DNA of 64,000 nt from Nitrospiria bacterium (GCA_035517195.1 DATIZH010000040.1:55310-119309); one strand, 5' to 3'; shown: positions 31,326 through 41,669, counted from the first letter of the stretch. The notes: a model not told the origin generated them from the sequence alone. Made by a program: numbers and translations.

Positions 31326-33608
31326 ATGACGCCTGCCTGGACCGCCGCGGTCACCGCCGTCGTCATGATGGCGGTGGTGCTGGTGTTGATCCGCCTGTCG
31401 ACGCGCTGGCCGGCCGCGGCCCGGTTGAGCGCGCTCACGGTGCTGGCGATCGGCGGGTGGTATCTCTGGTGGCGGGCGACCGACACTCTGGTCCTCGAGC
31501 CGCGCTGGGCCGCGGTGGTGAGTGTGGGGTTGTTTCTCGCCGAGTGCTACGGCTGGATGTCCGTGGCGTTCTTCTACTTCCAGACCTGGTCGCCCCTGTA
31601 CCGATCCGCGCCGCCCCCGCCCGCCGCCGACGCGTGGCCCACCATTGATGTCTATGTGACGATTTTCGACGAGCCGCTTGAAGTGCTCTACCGCACGTTG
31701 GTTGGTTGTATGGCCATGCGCGCCCCGGAGGGGAAAAAACGGATCTACGTCCTGGATGACGGCCGTCGACCGGAGGTGCGCGAGATGACGGAGCGGCTCG
31801 GATGCGAATACATGAGCCGTCCGACCAACGATCACGCCAAGGCCGGCAACCTCAACCATGCGCTTCACCGCACCCGGGGGGACCTGATCGTCAACTTTGA
31901 TACGGATCACGTCCCGGTTGAAACACTGCTGGAGCGGACGGTGGGCTATTTTCAGGACCCCGCCGTCGCGCTGGTGCAGATCGCCCATCATTTCTATAAT
32001 CCGGATCCCTACCAGGAAAATCTCCGCCTGACGCGGGAGATGCTGCACGAGCAGGAGCTGTTTTTCTTTCAGATCCAGCCGGGTCGCGACCGGTACAACG
32101 CCGCGTTTTATTGCGGCACGGGCGGGTTGCTCCGCCGGTCGGCGTTGGAAGCGATCGGGGGGTTTCTGACCAGCACGACGACGGAGGACATCCATACCTC
32201 GATCCGCCTCCATGCGGCTGGCTACCGATCCGTCTACGTCAGCGAGCGGCTGGCAGCCGGTCTGTCGGCGGAGAGTTTCGAAAGTTATTTAAAGCAGCGC
32301 GAACGGTGGGCGCAAGGGCACGCCCAGATCCTGTTCACGCGCGAAAGTCCGCTGTGGGTCCGCGGACTGACCGTGGCGCAGCGGTTGAATTACTTGGCAT
32401 CGATCAGCTACTTTTATCTGGGCCTGCCCCGACTGATTTTCCTAGCCGCGCCCCTCTCCTACCTGCTGTTCGGCCATCCGCCGTTGACGGTCGATTCGGG
32501 CATGCTTGCGGCGCACCTGGGCCCGTATTATCTTGCCTCGCTGCTGGTCTTCACGTCCGCGAGCGGCCGGTACCGCAACCCCTTCTGGTCCGAGGTGTAC
32601 GAAACGGCGGTCTGTTTTGCCGTCACGGCCGCGACGATGCGCGCGTTTCTGCATCCTCGCCTGGTGACGTTCTATGTGACGCCCAAAGGCGTGCGCCGAA
32701 TTCGGAGCAAGATGGGCAAGAACGCGCTTCCGCATTTCGTCCTTGCCGCAGCGCTGCTCGTCGGGCTGATCCTGGGCGGTCTCCAGGTCGCCGCAGGGCG
32801 GGGCGACACGCAGGCGGCCATCGTCAGTCTCTTCTGGGGTGTCTATAACCTGTTGCTGCTCTCGGTGGCCCTGGTGATAGCGCGGCAGCGACCTCAACTT
32901 CGGGATTCACCGCGGTTGACCCGCCATCTGACCGCCAGGGTGCACCTCAACGGCCAACGGCGGGAGTTCCCCGTGCTGGACATCAGCGAAACGGGCGTCT
33001 CGCTGGCCGCGGAGCAGCCCCTGCGGCTTCCGCCGTCGGTGGTGGTGACGCTCCACAACGGCCTGCAGGAGGAAACCGTCCTGAACGCCCGCGTGGTGCG
33101 TCATGACCGGCAGGAATCGGGTCGTTCGTTTGTCGGACTGGAGTTTTCCGGCATGAGTGAGGCGCAGCACCAGAGCCTGGTGCGTCAGATGTACAGCGCG
33201 CCCGACGCCTGGACGGCGCCGCCCGCGGCAGGCGGGATCTGGCCGTCGCTGATGCTGCTGCTCACGGCCGGATTGCGTGCGTTCTTGAAGGAGATGGTGG
33301 TCCGTCGATTTTCACCCCGGGTGCGGAGGGAATTGCGGTGCGACTTGCATGCGAACGGGTGGCGGCTCAAGACGCTGACGGAGGACATCGGTTTGAACGG
33401 CCTGTGCCTGCGCCTGCAGGAGCCCCTGCCGGCCGGCGTGCAATTGGAACGGGGCCCCGTCCAGCTGGTAATCTATCCAGGAGATGGCCGGGAAGTCAGG
33501 TGCGGCGGAGACGTGATCTGGGCGCGTCCGGATCGAGTGCGTCCGACGGCGGGCATCGTGCTGACGCGGTATGATCCGGCTGAATTGGAACGGATTATCC
33601 GAACGTGA
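31326..33608 (+). CDS. processive GT2 glycosyltransferase (cellulose-synthase BcsA-like) with two C-terminal PilZ domains
   Basis: N-terminal TMs, GT2 motifs (DDG, FDTDHVP, QRERWAQG), C-terminal TMs, then PilZ signatures (RLTRHL…VLDISETGVSL and a second PilZ-like segment). Confidence 0.8.
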   Translation: MTPAWTAAVTAVVMMAVVLVLIRLSTRWPAAARLSALTVLAIGGWYLWWRATDTLVLEPRWAAVVSVGLFLAECYGWMSVAFFYFQTWSPLYRSAPPPPAADAWPTIDVYVTIFDEPLEVLYRTLVGCMAMRAPEGKKRIYVLDDGRRPEVREMTERLGCEYMSRPTNDHAKAGNLNHALHRTRGDLIVNFDTDHVPVETLLERTVGYFQDPAVALVQIAHHFYNPDPYQENLRLTREMLHEQELFFFQIQPGRDRYNAAFYCGTGGLLRRSALEAIGGFLTSTTTEDIHTSIRLHAAGYRSVYVSERLAAGLSAESFESYLKQRERWAQGHAQILFTRESPLWVRGLTVAQRLNYLASISYFYLGLPRLIFLAAPLSYLLFGHPPLTVDSGMLAAHLGPYYLASLLVFTSASGRYRNPFWSEVYETAVCFAVTAATMRAFLHPRLVTFYVTPKGVRRIRSKMGKNALPHFVLAAALLVGLILGGLQVAAGRGDTQAAIVSLFWGVYNLLLLSVALVIARQRPQLRDSPRLTRHLTARVHLNGQRREFPVLDISETGVSLAAEQPLRLPPSVVVTLHNGLQEETVLNARVVRHDRQESGRSFVGLEFSGMSEAQHQSLVRQMYSAPDAWTAPPAAGGIWPSLMLLLTAGLRAFLKEMVVRRFSPRVRRELRCDLHANGWRLKTLTEDIGLNGLCLRLQEPLPAGVQLERGPVQLVIYPGDGREVRCGGDVIWARPDRVRPTAGIVLTRYDPAELERIIRT

Positions 33609-35152
33609 GCGGCGGCCCTCACAACGGCAATCGCGCGGCCGCCACCGATGGGCGAGGGGACCTGGGCGGCTTGATGCCCGGGCAATCGGACGCGTCGCAC
33701 GCCCTGTGGCACTCCCGGTCTCTCCTCGTCGTCCTGTTGCTTGCCGAGCTGCTCTTTCAGGCCGCCCGGATCGACTTTAATTCCCTTCGGTATGACGAGG
33801 CGCAGGCCATTGTCATCGGCCGGGATGTCCTGCGGGGCGGCCCCTGTCCGGATTGCGCCCAGCACACGGGTTCGGTCTTTCTCCACCCGGTGCTGGCAGC
33901 TCTGGCCTATGACCGCCTCGGCCCGGTGCTCGGCCATTGGGGTGCGCGGGCGGTCAGCATCGTGTTCGGTTTGATCATGACTGCGTCGGTGTACGGGATC
34001 GGACGGCTCCTGTTCGGCGCCCCCGTCGGGTTGCTGGGCGCGGTGCTCTTGACGGTGCAGGCGCCGATGCTCTATGTGACGCGCGTCGGGTTGTACGACA
34101 GCGCGTCCGCCGCCTTCCTTGCAGCGGCGGCCTGGTGTCTCGCACGGGCCTATACGAGCACGGCCTGGTCGGGAGTGGTGTTGTTTCTCGGAGGGCTGGT
34201 ACTGGGGTTGGCCGCGCTGATCAAATTTGTCACGGCAGTCTATCTGCCGATCGGGGTCGTGCTCGTGCTCTGGATGTTCGGCTGGCGCCGATGGAGTCTC
34301 TGGTTTATCCCGGGGCTGGCGCTGGGGCTTGTGGCACTGGTGCCAGTTGACGTGTTGCCGCGGCTCGCGGTGTTGGGGAGCATGACGGAAAGCACCGTGG
34401 CGCTCGGGCAGGCCGGGTTCACGCGTGGCGAGATCGGACAGATGCTCTCCCGATGGCTCCTGTGGATGGCGGTGCTGGCGCTCTTGGGATGGGTCGACAA
34501 ACCAACCCGTCCGAAGGTGGCGCTGCTGTGCGTCCTGGCATTGCCGCATCCTCTGATTCACCTGGTGACCGGAGCGGAACAGGGACTGCACAAAAATATT
34601 ATTCAATCCCTGCTCTTTCTCGGGCCCGTGGCGGCCGTTGGGGTTGGAAACACATTCCGGGACATGCTTCGCGTGCCGCGCGCGGTCGATTTGCGGCCGT
34701 TCGGCTACGGACTGCTGATCCTGTTGATGGGGGTGTTCATGATGAAGAACCTCCGGTGGCTCGAACACCAGTATCCCAATACAGACCCCGCCGTGGCCTA
34801 TCTTCAGGAGAGGTTGGGCCCGCATTCAGTGTTGCTGGCCGAGGAGTCCTATATCTATGACCTCTATTGCGATTCCCATCTGTCCCGCGATCGTGTGTAT
34901 GGGACCTATTATATGGAGTATCGGAATATGCGGGGTGAGGAGGCCATGACACGATTTGTGCGGGACGGCGTTCCCGATTTCATTGTCCTGTCATGGTACG
35001 CCACGCCCGTCCAGGATCGCGAATTGGTCGCGGCCATGCGGGGGGAGTATAAACGTGTGTTCGAATATGACGGGGGTGTGTCGTGGGGCACGCGCATGGT
35101 TCAGATCTACCGGCGCGTCGGGCCTGCGCCCCGTGCCCCATCGTCAATGTAA
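33605..35152 (+). CDS. GT-C fold membrane glycosyltransferase (PMT/ArnT, GT39/83-like)
   Basis: 515 aa, ~11 TM helices, conserved DE in first loop (LRYDEAQ), C-terminal soluble domain; translationally coupled to upstream synthase (overlap). Confidence 0.55.
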   Translation: MSGGPHNGNRAAATDGRGDLGGLMPGQSDASHALWHSRSLLVVLLLAELLFQAARIDFNSLRYDEAQAIVIGRDVLRGGPCPDCAQHTGSVFLHPVLAALAYDRLGPVLGHWGARAVSIVFGLIMTASVYGIGRLLFGAPVGLLGAVLLTVQAPMLYVTRVGLYDSASAAFLAAAAWCLARAYTSTAWSGVVLFLGGLVLGLAALIKFVTAVYLPIGVVLVLWMFGWRRWSLWFIPGLALGLVALVPVDVLPRLAVLGSMTESTVALGQAGFTRGEIGQMLSRWLLWMAVLALLGWVDKPTRPKVALLCVLALPHPLIHLVTGAEQGLHKNIIQSLLFLGPVAAVGVGNTFRDMLRVPRAVDLRPFGYGLLILLMGVFMMKNLRWLEHQYPNTDPAVAYLQERLGPHSVLLAEESYIYDLYCDSHLSRDRVYGTYYMEYRNMRGEEAMTRFVRDGVPDFIVLSWYATPVQDRELVAAMRGEYKRVFEYDGGVSWGTRMVQIYRRVGPAPRAPSSM

Positions 35153-35288
35153 GCGAACCAGTGCCGCGTGTTTCACAGGCCGTCGAACGCCGCCGCGACC
35201 TGGTACTGGTCCGTTCATGCGCGCACGCATGGGTGGCGGGGATTGCGGCAGACTGATCAACCATCTGTTTGGAAAGGGGGTGATGGCA

Positions 35289-35693
35289 TGAAAGGATTGA
35301 TCCGATTTCTGGTGGTGATCGCCTTGGTGTTATGGGCCGCTCCGGCGCATGCGATCGTTGGGTTGACCGGATCGACATGGGGGACTGCCATTCAGAATTT
35401 CAACGATGACCGACTCCAGACGCTGGGGTACGTCAACCAGGGCATCGACTGGTTCGAGAAAGAAGGCTTCAAACTCAACACCTACGTTCAATTGCGGTGG
35501 CAGTATCAGGCCCACCAGGGGCAGTACTATAACGAATGGGGCCCGTCGCTGGGAGTCGCCATCAAAAAATCGTTCTTCCGCGCAGGAGTGGAATATTATT
35601 GGGAACAGGTCCAGTGGGACGAACACCACAGCCACGCGTTGGTGTTTGTCGACTGGTACTACGACTGGGACCTGCTCAAAGTGTTCCACTAGG
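35289..35693 (+). CDS. small secreted Trp/Tyr-rich protein
   Basis: Signal peptide MKGLIRFLVVIALVLWAAPAHA then 112-aa aromatic-rich mature domain. Confidence 0.5.
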
Positions 35694-35786
35694 CCGGTCC
35701 GGGACGATTGCGGGCGGCCGGCTGGATTTGCTAGACTGCGCAGCCGGTCTCCGCAGAGATCGGTCAGGGAGCCAGGGAGGAGAGCC

Positions 35787-36284
35787 ATGAAGGTGATTCT
35801 GACGGAAGAGATCAAGTCGCTCGGTCTGCCGGGCGCCGTTGTCGACGTGTCCGACGGCTACGCGAGAAATTTTCTATTGCCCAGACGAAAGGCGATGCCG
35901 GCGACCCCCGGCAATATCAAACAGGCCGAACGGCTGCAACGGCAGGTGCAAGTCAGATTGGCCCAGGAACGGGAGGCTGCGGAACAGCTGGCCCGGCGGT
36001 TGGAGGGGCTGGCGGTGACCATCTCCGCCCAGGTCGGTGAAGGGGGGAAACTCTTCGGCTCGGTGACCACCAAGGACATTGCGGCTGCGTTGGAGCCCCT
36101 TGGGGTGACCGTGGAAAAGCGGTTGATCGAGCTGGAGGCGCCGATCAGGCAGGCGGGCGAATTTACGGCCGTGGTGCGACTGCATCCCTCTGTGAGTGCG
36201 CCGCTCCGGGTGTCGGTCGTGCCGGAAGAGGCGCCGCCGGCGACCCCTGCATCAAAGAAGGGCCGCCGGAAGAAATCGGAGTAG
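35787..36284 (+). CDS. rplI: 50S ribosomal protein L9 with basic C-terminal extension
   Basis: MKVILTEEIKSLGLPGAVVDVSDGYARNFLLP… canonical L9 N-domain. Confidence 0.85.
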   Translation: MKVILTEEIKSLGLPGAVVDVSDGYARNFLLPRRKAMPATPGNIKQAERLQRQVQVRLAQEREAAEQLARRLEGLAVTISAQVGEGGKLFGSVTTKDIAAALEPLGVTVEKRLIELEAPIRQAGEFTAVVRLHPSVSAPLRVSVVPEEAPPATPASKKGRRKKSE

Positions 36285-37371
36285 CCCAATAACCCAACTC
36301 CCCCCGGTCGTTGACCACTGCCCATTCGACGTCTCGCAGGTACTCGCCTTCGCGCGAGCCGCCGAGCAGATAGAGCCGCCGTCCGGCCGCATTGGAGGGC
36401 CTTTCCGAGGCCGAGGGGAGGGGATCGTCAACCGCTGCGGCCGCACCTTCCTTGGGACGGGGCAGGGGAGCCGCCTCTGCCCAGGCGCTCAATGAGCCAT
36501 CCGGCAATGACGTCGCCCGTTCGACGCTAGACAGATAGCCGTCCTGGAATCCTCCCAGCGTGAAGACGAACGGCCCGGCGGCGATCGTTGAGGCCAGAAA
36601 TCTCGGCGTCTTGGTGGTCGCCGTCAATTGCCAGGGTGACAGACTGCCGTCGGCATGCACCTTCGTCCACTCCACGCTGCTTTTCCCGCCGCCGACATCC
36701 TGGATGTGGCCGCCGACAATATAAATATAGTCGCCGACATGGCCGGCTCCGTGGATGTACCGGTCCGTGGTCAGACTCGTCTGCAGCAGTCCCCATGCAC
36801 CGAGAGAACCGTCCGGCCGAACGGCCGCCCGTTCGACGCTATTGAGGAAAAGGCCGTTGTACCCGCCGATCGCGTAGAGGTAATTGTGGGCGAGCACCGC
36901 GGAGGGAGAGCGGCGGGGGGTCGTCATAGCGTTCATCTCCTCCCAAGGACCCAGACCGCCGGACGGCAGGATGTGCGCCCGTTCCACCGTATTCAACAGC
37001 ACAAGCCCGTTGTGATAGGTTTCGCCGCCAATGACATAGATAAACCCGTGGCTGGTGACCGCTTTGAGGAAGCCCCGAGGGACAATCAGCGGACTGGTCA
37101 TCCGCCAGTCGGTGACCGATCCGTCCGGTTGTATCCCGGCGAATTCGACACTGTTGACGAACCCCTGCTCAAGTCCTCCGCCGCGGATGCCGCCGATGGC
37201 GTAGAGATGGCCGTTGGCAATGACCGCGCCGGCCCCGGTTCTCGGGACGATCAGCGGCTCCGCCGACCTCCATCCCGGCACCCACGTCGGTTGAGAAGAA
37301 TGGGAGCAACCCGAGCACAGCGTGAGGAAAATCCATCCAACGGGCAGGAAGCGTCTCAACAGCTGGATCAT
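36163..37371 (-). CDS. Kelch-repeat lipoprotein
   Basis: Lipobox (LTLCSGCSHS) then ~6 Kelch-like blades (…YAIGG…, …YVIGG…, …YIVGG…). Confidence 0.7.
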   Translation of the reverse strand: MIQLLRRFLPVGWIFLTLCSGCSHSSQPTWVPGWRSAEPLIVPRTGAGAVIANGHLYAIGGIRGGGLEQGFVNSVEFAGIQPDGSVTDWRMTSPLIVPRGFLKAVTSHGFIYVIGGETYHNGLVLLNTVERAHILPSGGLGPWEEMNAMTTPRRSPSAVLAHNYLYAIGGYNGLFLNSVERAAVRPDGSLGAWGLLQTSLTTDRYIHGAGHVGDYIYIVGGHIQDVGGGKSSVEWTKVHADGSLSPWQLTATTKTPRFLASTIAAGPFVFTLGGFQDGYLSSVERATSLPDGSLSAWAEAAPLPRPKEGAAAAVDDPLPSASERPSNAAGRRLYLLGGSREGEYLRDVEWAVVNDRGELGYWATPISSGGPSLMQGSPAAPLPARPTPGAAHSQRDAVAPRP

Positions 37372-37580
37372 AGAGATATTAGTGATATAACACGCCCATC
37401 ATGGAACCTTCAACCTGTTGCGGCGTCAATCGACCAGGTCCACCGGTATGATCATAAGGGATAGATGCCGGTTTCCTGTCTGCAGCAGGCAGGTTCCCCC
37501 TGATGAGCCCCATCGGATAAACACTGCCTTGCTCACGACAGGCGTCTCACTCCTTCAAACCTCCCCGTTCAACAACCAAT

Positions 37581-37944
37581 GGGGGGGGAGCGGGGGGAGA
37601 TAAAGTCTCCCTGGCATATCCGCTTCGCGTTGATTGGATTGGGGGGAGAGATCCTCATCTTCACCCGGTCCCCCCCATCGGAGTTTCGAGTCATGCTCTG
37701 CGTATGGACGGTGGGGGTTGTGAGGGGGGAGGAGTATCTCCCCCTAACTCTTATGCTGGCCGCTTGCTCAGATGGGGGAGAGTGCCGCTTTCTCCCGGCA
37801 TCTTCCATGGAGGCTGCCGCCCCCACTCTGCGGTCCCCCCATCGGAGGTACGCTTCCCCTCACATGACCAGCGTGCATGTCTATCGTACATTCCGTGTCC
37901 CATAATCAATGGGAGGCGGCGGGGGGAGGTAGAGTCTCCCCCCG
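37581..37944. repeat. array of short GC-rich hairpin repeats (GGGGGAG-N5-10-CTCCCC) interspersed with CCCCCATCGGAG motif
   Basis: At least five units (about 37595-37613, 37641-37656, 37723-37745, 37773-37796, 37921-37943) plus a duplicated GGTCCCCCCATCGGAG (37666-37684, 37831-37848). Confidence 0.55.
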
Positions 37945-37950
37945 TTTAAA

Positions 37951-37985
37951 TTGACACCCTCGACAAAAACAGGCTAAGATGGCAA
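37951..37985 (+). promoter_or_regulatory. candidate promoter for nfeD-SPFH operon (TTGACA-17-CTAAGAT)
   Basis: TTGACAccctcgacaaaaacaggCTAAGAT just upstream of nfeD ORF. Confidence 0.3.
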
Positions 37986-37988
37986 CCC

Positions 37989-39338
37989 GTGTTGATCCCT
38001 CACGGCCCACAATTTCGGATGAGCCGTCATGCGCTGCTTCTTCTGGTGTTGTTGTGGCCGGGACCGGTTGCCGGCGCGTCTGCACCGGACGACACGGGCC
38101 GGACTCCGATCGTCGATCTGCTGACCTATGACGGTGTCATCAATCCGGTGGCCGCGGAATATATCCAGGACGGGATTGCGGCGGCCGAGTCCGCTCACCA
38201 CGCGGCGGTGGTGGTTCAGCTCGACACCCCCGGGGGGCTGGATACCTCCATGCGGATCATCGTCAAGGCGATCAACGCGTCGGCCGTTCCCGTGATCGTC
38301 TATGTGGCGCCCTCAGGCAGCCGTGCGGCCTCGGCGGGAACGTTCATCACGCTGGCCGCCCATGTCGCCGCGATGGCGCCGGGGACCAATATCGGATCGG
38401 CCCATCCGGTGTCGATGGGCGGGGGTGAGATGGACGAGGAAATGAAGAGGAAGGTGGAGAACGACGCCGCGGCCTATATCAAGTCTATTGCTGAGAAACG
38501 GAGCCGCAACGCCGCATGGGCGGAAGAGGCTGTGCGCAAGAGCGTCAATGTGACCGAGCAAGAGGCGGTGAAGCTGCACGTCGTTGACCTGGTGGCGGCC
38601 GATGTCCCGGCGCTGCTGGCCGCGGTGGACGGCAGGACGGTGCAGACTGAGGCGGGCGTGCGACGGCTGTCCACCAAAGGGGCCGAACTGCATCCCGTTC
38701 CGCTTAATTGGCGGCTGCGTCTGCTCAACGCGTTGATCGATCCCAACGTGGCGTATGTTTTGATGTTGGTGGGGACGTACGGTCTGCTGTATGAGGTGAT
38801 GAGTCCGGGGGCCGTTCTGCCGGGCGTGGTCGGGAGCATCTGCCTGATTCTTGCCTTCTATGCCTTTCAAACATTGCCGATCAACTACGCCGGCCTGTTG
38901 CTCATTCTGCTGGCGATTGTCCTGTTTGTCGCCGAGATCAAGGTGCCCAGCTATGGCCTGCTGACGGTCGGCGGCATCGTGGCGATGTTTCTGGGCTCCG
39001 TGATGCTGATGAAGAGCCAGCTGCCCTATCTGCGCATTTCATTGAAGGTGATCATCCCCTCGGTGCTCGGCACCGCACTCTTTTTCCTGTTCGTGGTGGG
39101 CATGGCCGTCCGGACGTTCGGAGCGAGGCCGTTGACGGGTGTGGAAGGGCTGGTCGGCGTGCATGGGATCGCCCGGAGTGATTTGTCGCCGTTGGGCATG
39201 GTGTTTGTCCACGGAGAATTATGGGAGGCGCGCGGTGACGAGACCATCCGTCAGGGAGACGCGATTGAGGTCACGGCGGTCGAAGGATTGCGGTTGCATG
39301 TTAAGCGGGCGGCGGAATCGTCGACCCAGAAGGGATGA
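37989..39338 (+). CDS. NfeD-family membrane-bound ClpP-class serine protease
   Basis: ClpP-like N-domain, central TM block, C-terminal OB domain; gene pair with SPFH protein. Confidence 0.8.
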   Translation: MLIPHGPQFRMSRHALLLLVLLWPGPVAGASAPDDTGRTPIVDLLTYDGVINPVAAEYIQDGIAAAESAHHAAVVVQLDTPGGLDTSMRIIVKAINASAVPVIVYVAPSGSRAASAGTFITLAAHVAAMAPGTNIGSAHPVSMGGGEMDEEMKRKVENDAAAYIKSIAEKRSRNAAWAEEAVRKSVNVTEQEAVKLHVVDLVAADVPALLAAVDGRTVQTEAGVRRLSTKGAELHPVPLNWRLRLLNALIDPNVAYVLMLVGTYGLLYEVMSPGAVLPGVVGSICLILAFYAFQTLPINYAGLLLILLAIVLFVAEIKVPSYGLLTVGGIVAMFLGSVMLMKSQLPYLRISLKVIIPSVLGTALFFLFVVGMAVRTFGARPLTGVEGLVGVHGIARSDLSPLGMVFVHGELWEARGDETIRQGDAIEVTAVEGLRLHVKRAAESSTQKG

Positions 39339-40111
39339 CCATGGTCTTCACGCCGATCGGGATTTTGTTGGTTGTGATCGTGATTTTACTGCTCAACGGT
39401 GTTCGCATCCTCAGGGAATATGAACGGGGCGTGATTTTCCGGTTGGGACGCGTAACCACGGCGATGATCGGTGGCCACGGCCCCGGCCTGATCATTCTGC
39501 TGCCGTTCATCGACAAAATGGTCAAGGTGAGCCTGCGTACGGTCACCATGGATGTCCCGCCGCAGGATGTGATCACGGCCGACAACGTCACGGTCAAAGT
39601 GAATGCCATTGTCTACTTTCGGGTGGTCGACCCTCAACGCGCCATTCTGGAGGTCGAGGATTATCTCTACGCGACCTCGCAGATTGCCCAAACGACGCTG
39701 CGGAGTGTGCTGGGACAGAGTCAACTGGACGAACTGTTGACCAAGCGAGAACAGGTGAACGCGGCTTTGCAACGAATTATCGATCAGCAAACAGAACCGT
39801 GGGGCATCAAGGTGTCAACGGTAGAAGTCAAAAATGTTGATTTGCCCCAGGAGATGATCCGCGCGATCGCCAAGCAGGCGGAGGCCGAGCGGGAGCGGCG
39901 GGCCAAAGTGATCCATGCCTTGGGTGAATTCGAGGCGGCGCAGAAGCTGTCGGATGCGGCCGATATCGTGTCGGTCAATCCGACAACGCTCCAGCTGCGA
40001 TTCCTGCAGACGTTGACGGAGATTTCCGCGGAAAAGAATTCCACGATCATCTTCCCCGTGCCGATCGACCTCCTGACGCCGCTGCTCAAACGGCCCGAGG
40101 CGGGTTCGTGA
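39335..40111 (+). CDS. SPFH/band-7 (stomatin/prohibitin-like) protein
   Basis: N-terminal TM + PHB domain (…[11 protein letters not shown]…[21 protein letters not shown]…). Confidence 0.85.
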   Translation: MTMVFTPIGILLVVIVILLLNGVRILREYERGVIFRLGRVTTAMIGGHGPGLIILLPFIDKMVKVSLRTVTMDVPPQDVITADNVTVKVNAIVYFRVVDPQRAILEVEDYLYATSQIAQTTLRSVLGQSQLDELLTKREQVNAALQRIIDQQTEPWGIKVSTVEVKNVDLPQEMIRAIAKQAEAERERRAKVIHALGEFEAAQKLSDAADIVSVNPTTLQLRFLQTLTEISAEKNSTIIFPVPIDLLTPLLKRPEAGS

Positions 40112-40247
40112 CGAGGTCGCGAGCCCATCGAAATGACCGCGCCAGGATGACCGCTCGCTCGCATCGTGCGCGTGTCATGCTTGCTCGCGTGAGGGGGGGC
40201 GCGCCCCTCCGTCCTCCTGTAGCTCCTCCTCTGTTCCCGGTCACCGA

Positions 40248-41669
40248 TTGCCAGACATGGTAGACCCGGTTTCAACGGTCGGTCAGGCCGCTGAAGCGGG
40301 CCGTCGTCGCGAACGGTTGAACCCGACCCAACTCTCCCCGGCCACCGCCCTCACCGCGGGGTTTGCGGGAATCATTTTGATCGGCACGCTGTTGCTGGCG
40401 CTACCGTGGGCGTCTTCCAACCGCCACAGCATCGGCGCGGTGGATGCCCTGTTCACCTCGACATCGGCCGTCTGCGTGACCGGCTTGATCGTGAAGGACA
40501 CGCCGGTCGATTTTTCCCTCTTCGGACAGCTCGTGATTCTTGCGCTGATTCAGCTGGGCGGCTTCGGGTACGCGGGTGCGGCGATGATGCTGGGAGTGGC
40601 GCTCGGTCGGAAAATCGGCCTTCGGGAGCGGATGATGTTTCAGCAGGCCTTGAACCTGCTGACCTTGGGCGGGTTGGTGAAATTCCTGCGTTGGCTGGTG
40701 CTGTTAACGGTCTTGATCGAGGGCACAGCCGCGGCGCTGCTGATGCTGCGATGGATGGGGGACCTCCCGTTGTGGCAGGCGGTCTACACCGCGTTGTTCC
40801 ACGCGGTGGCGGCCTTTAACAATGCCGGCTTCTCGCTCTTTTCTGACAATTTGGAGGCGTATCGATTCGATTGGACGGTCAACCTGATCGTGGCGGTGAC
40901 CATCATTCTGGGCGGCATCGGCCACATCGTACTGTATGAACTGCACCGCTTTGCGAGGCGCGAGGTGTTCCGCATTTCGTCCCACACGAAGCTGGTGATG
41001 GTGGTGACGTTGGTCCTGATCCTCATCGGCGGCCTGGGCCTTTGGATGCTGGAGGACACCAACCCGGCAACCCTGGGGGGGCTGAGCTGGACCAAACAGA
41101 TGACGGTCTCGTTCTTCCACAGCGTCTCGGCGAGAACGGCGGGTTTCCACACCATCGACCTTTCCCGGTTGAGGGGCGCGTCCCTCTATCTGCTGATTTT
41201 GCTCATGGTGATCGGCGGCTCTCCGGCCAGCACGGCTGGCGGGATCAAAACCACCACGGCGGGTATCATTTTCGCCACGCTCTGGGACACGGCCAAGGGT
41301 CGGCAGGAGGTGACCATCTTTCATCGACGGCTGCCGCTCGAGACGGTCGCCAATGCGTTCCTGTTGGCGTTTCTGGCGTTTGCCTTGGTGACCGGGGCGA
41401 CCCTGCTGCTGCTGGCCGTCGAACAATTGAGTTTCGAGCATTTTCTGCCCGTCTTGTTCGAGGTCTCGTCCGCCTTCGGCACGGTCGGGTTGTCGACGGG
41501 CGATGGCGGCGTGCTCAGTTATGCGGCGACGTTCAGCGACCTCGGCAAGATCATCATCATCCTCATGATGTTCATCGGACGGCTGGGGCCGATCACGATC
41601 GGGATGCTGGTGGTGGCGCGGACCGAATCCCGCGTGCGCTATCCGGAGGAAAAGGTGCTGATCGGCTGA
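40248..41669 (+). CDS. ktrB: Trk/Ktr-type K+ uptake membrane subunit
   Basis: 473 aa, repeated pore-loop motifs (TSTSAVCVTGL, NNAGFSL, SVSARTAGF, GTVGLSTG). Confidence 0.8.
   Translation: MPDMVDPVSTVGQAAEAGRRRERLNPTQLSPATALTAGFAGIILIGTLLLALPWASSNRHSIGAVDALFTSTSAVCVTGLIVKDTPVDFSLFGQLVILALIQLGGFGYAGAAMMLGVALGRKIGLRERMMFQQALNLLTLGGLVKFLRWLVLLTVLIEGTAAALLMLRWMGDLPLWQAVYTALFHAVAAFNNAGFSLFSDNLEAYRFDWTVNLIVAVTIILGGIGHIVLYELHRFARREVFRISSHTKLVMVVTLVLILIGGLGLWMLEDTNPATLGGLSWTKQMTVSFFHSVSARTAGFHTIDLSRLRGASLYLLILLMVIGGSPASTAGGIKTTTAGIIFATLWDTAKGRQEVTIFHRRLPLETVANAFLLAFLAFALVTGATLLLLAVEQLSFEHFLPVLFEVSSAFGTVGLSTGDGGVLSYAATFSDLGKIIIILMMFIGRLGPITIGMLVVARTESRVRYPEEKVLIG

Noticed and set aside
37579-37905. 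108-aa plus-strand ORF in the hairpin-repeat region
   Set aside because: Reading frame is created by G/C-rich repeats (encodes Gly/Glu/Pro runs). No RBS and no conservation signal. More likely non-coding.
37581-37944. CRISPR array interpretation of the GGGGGAG/CTCCCC repeats
   Set aside because: Repeat units are only ~7 nt, are inverted rather than direct, and have irregular spacing. No cas genes in the window.
40112-40247. Possible c-di-AMP (ydaO-type) riboswitch upstream of ktrB
   Set aside because: K+ transporter leaders often carry it, but the conserved ydaO helices and ACGGGGA/CCGA elements could not be seen by eye. It needs a covariance-model scan before any claim.
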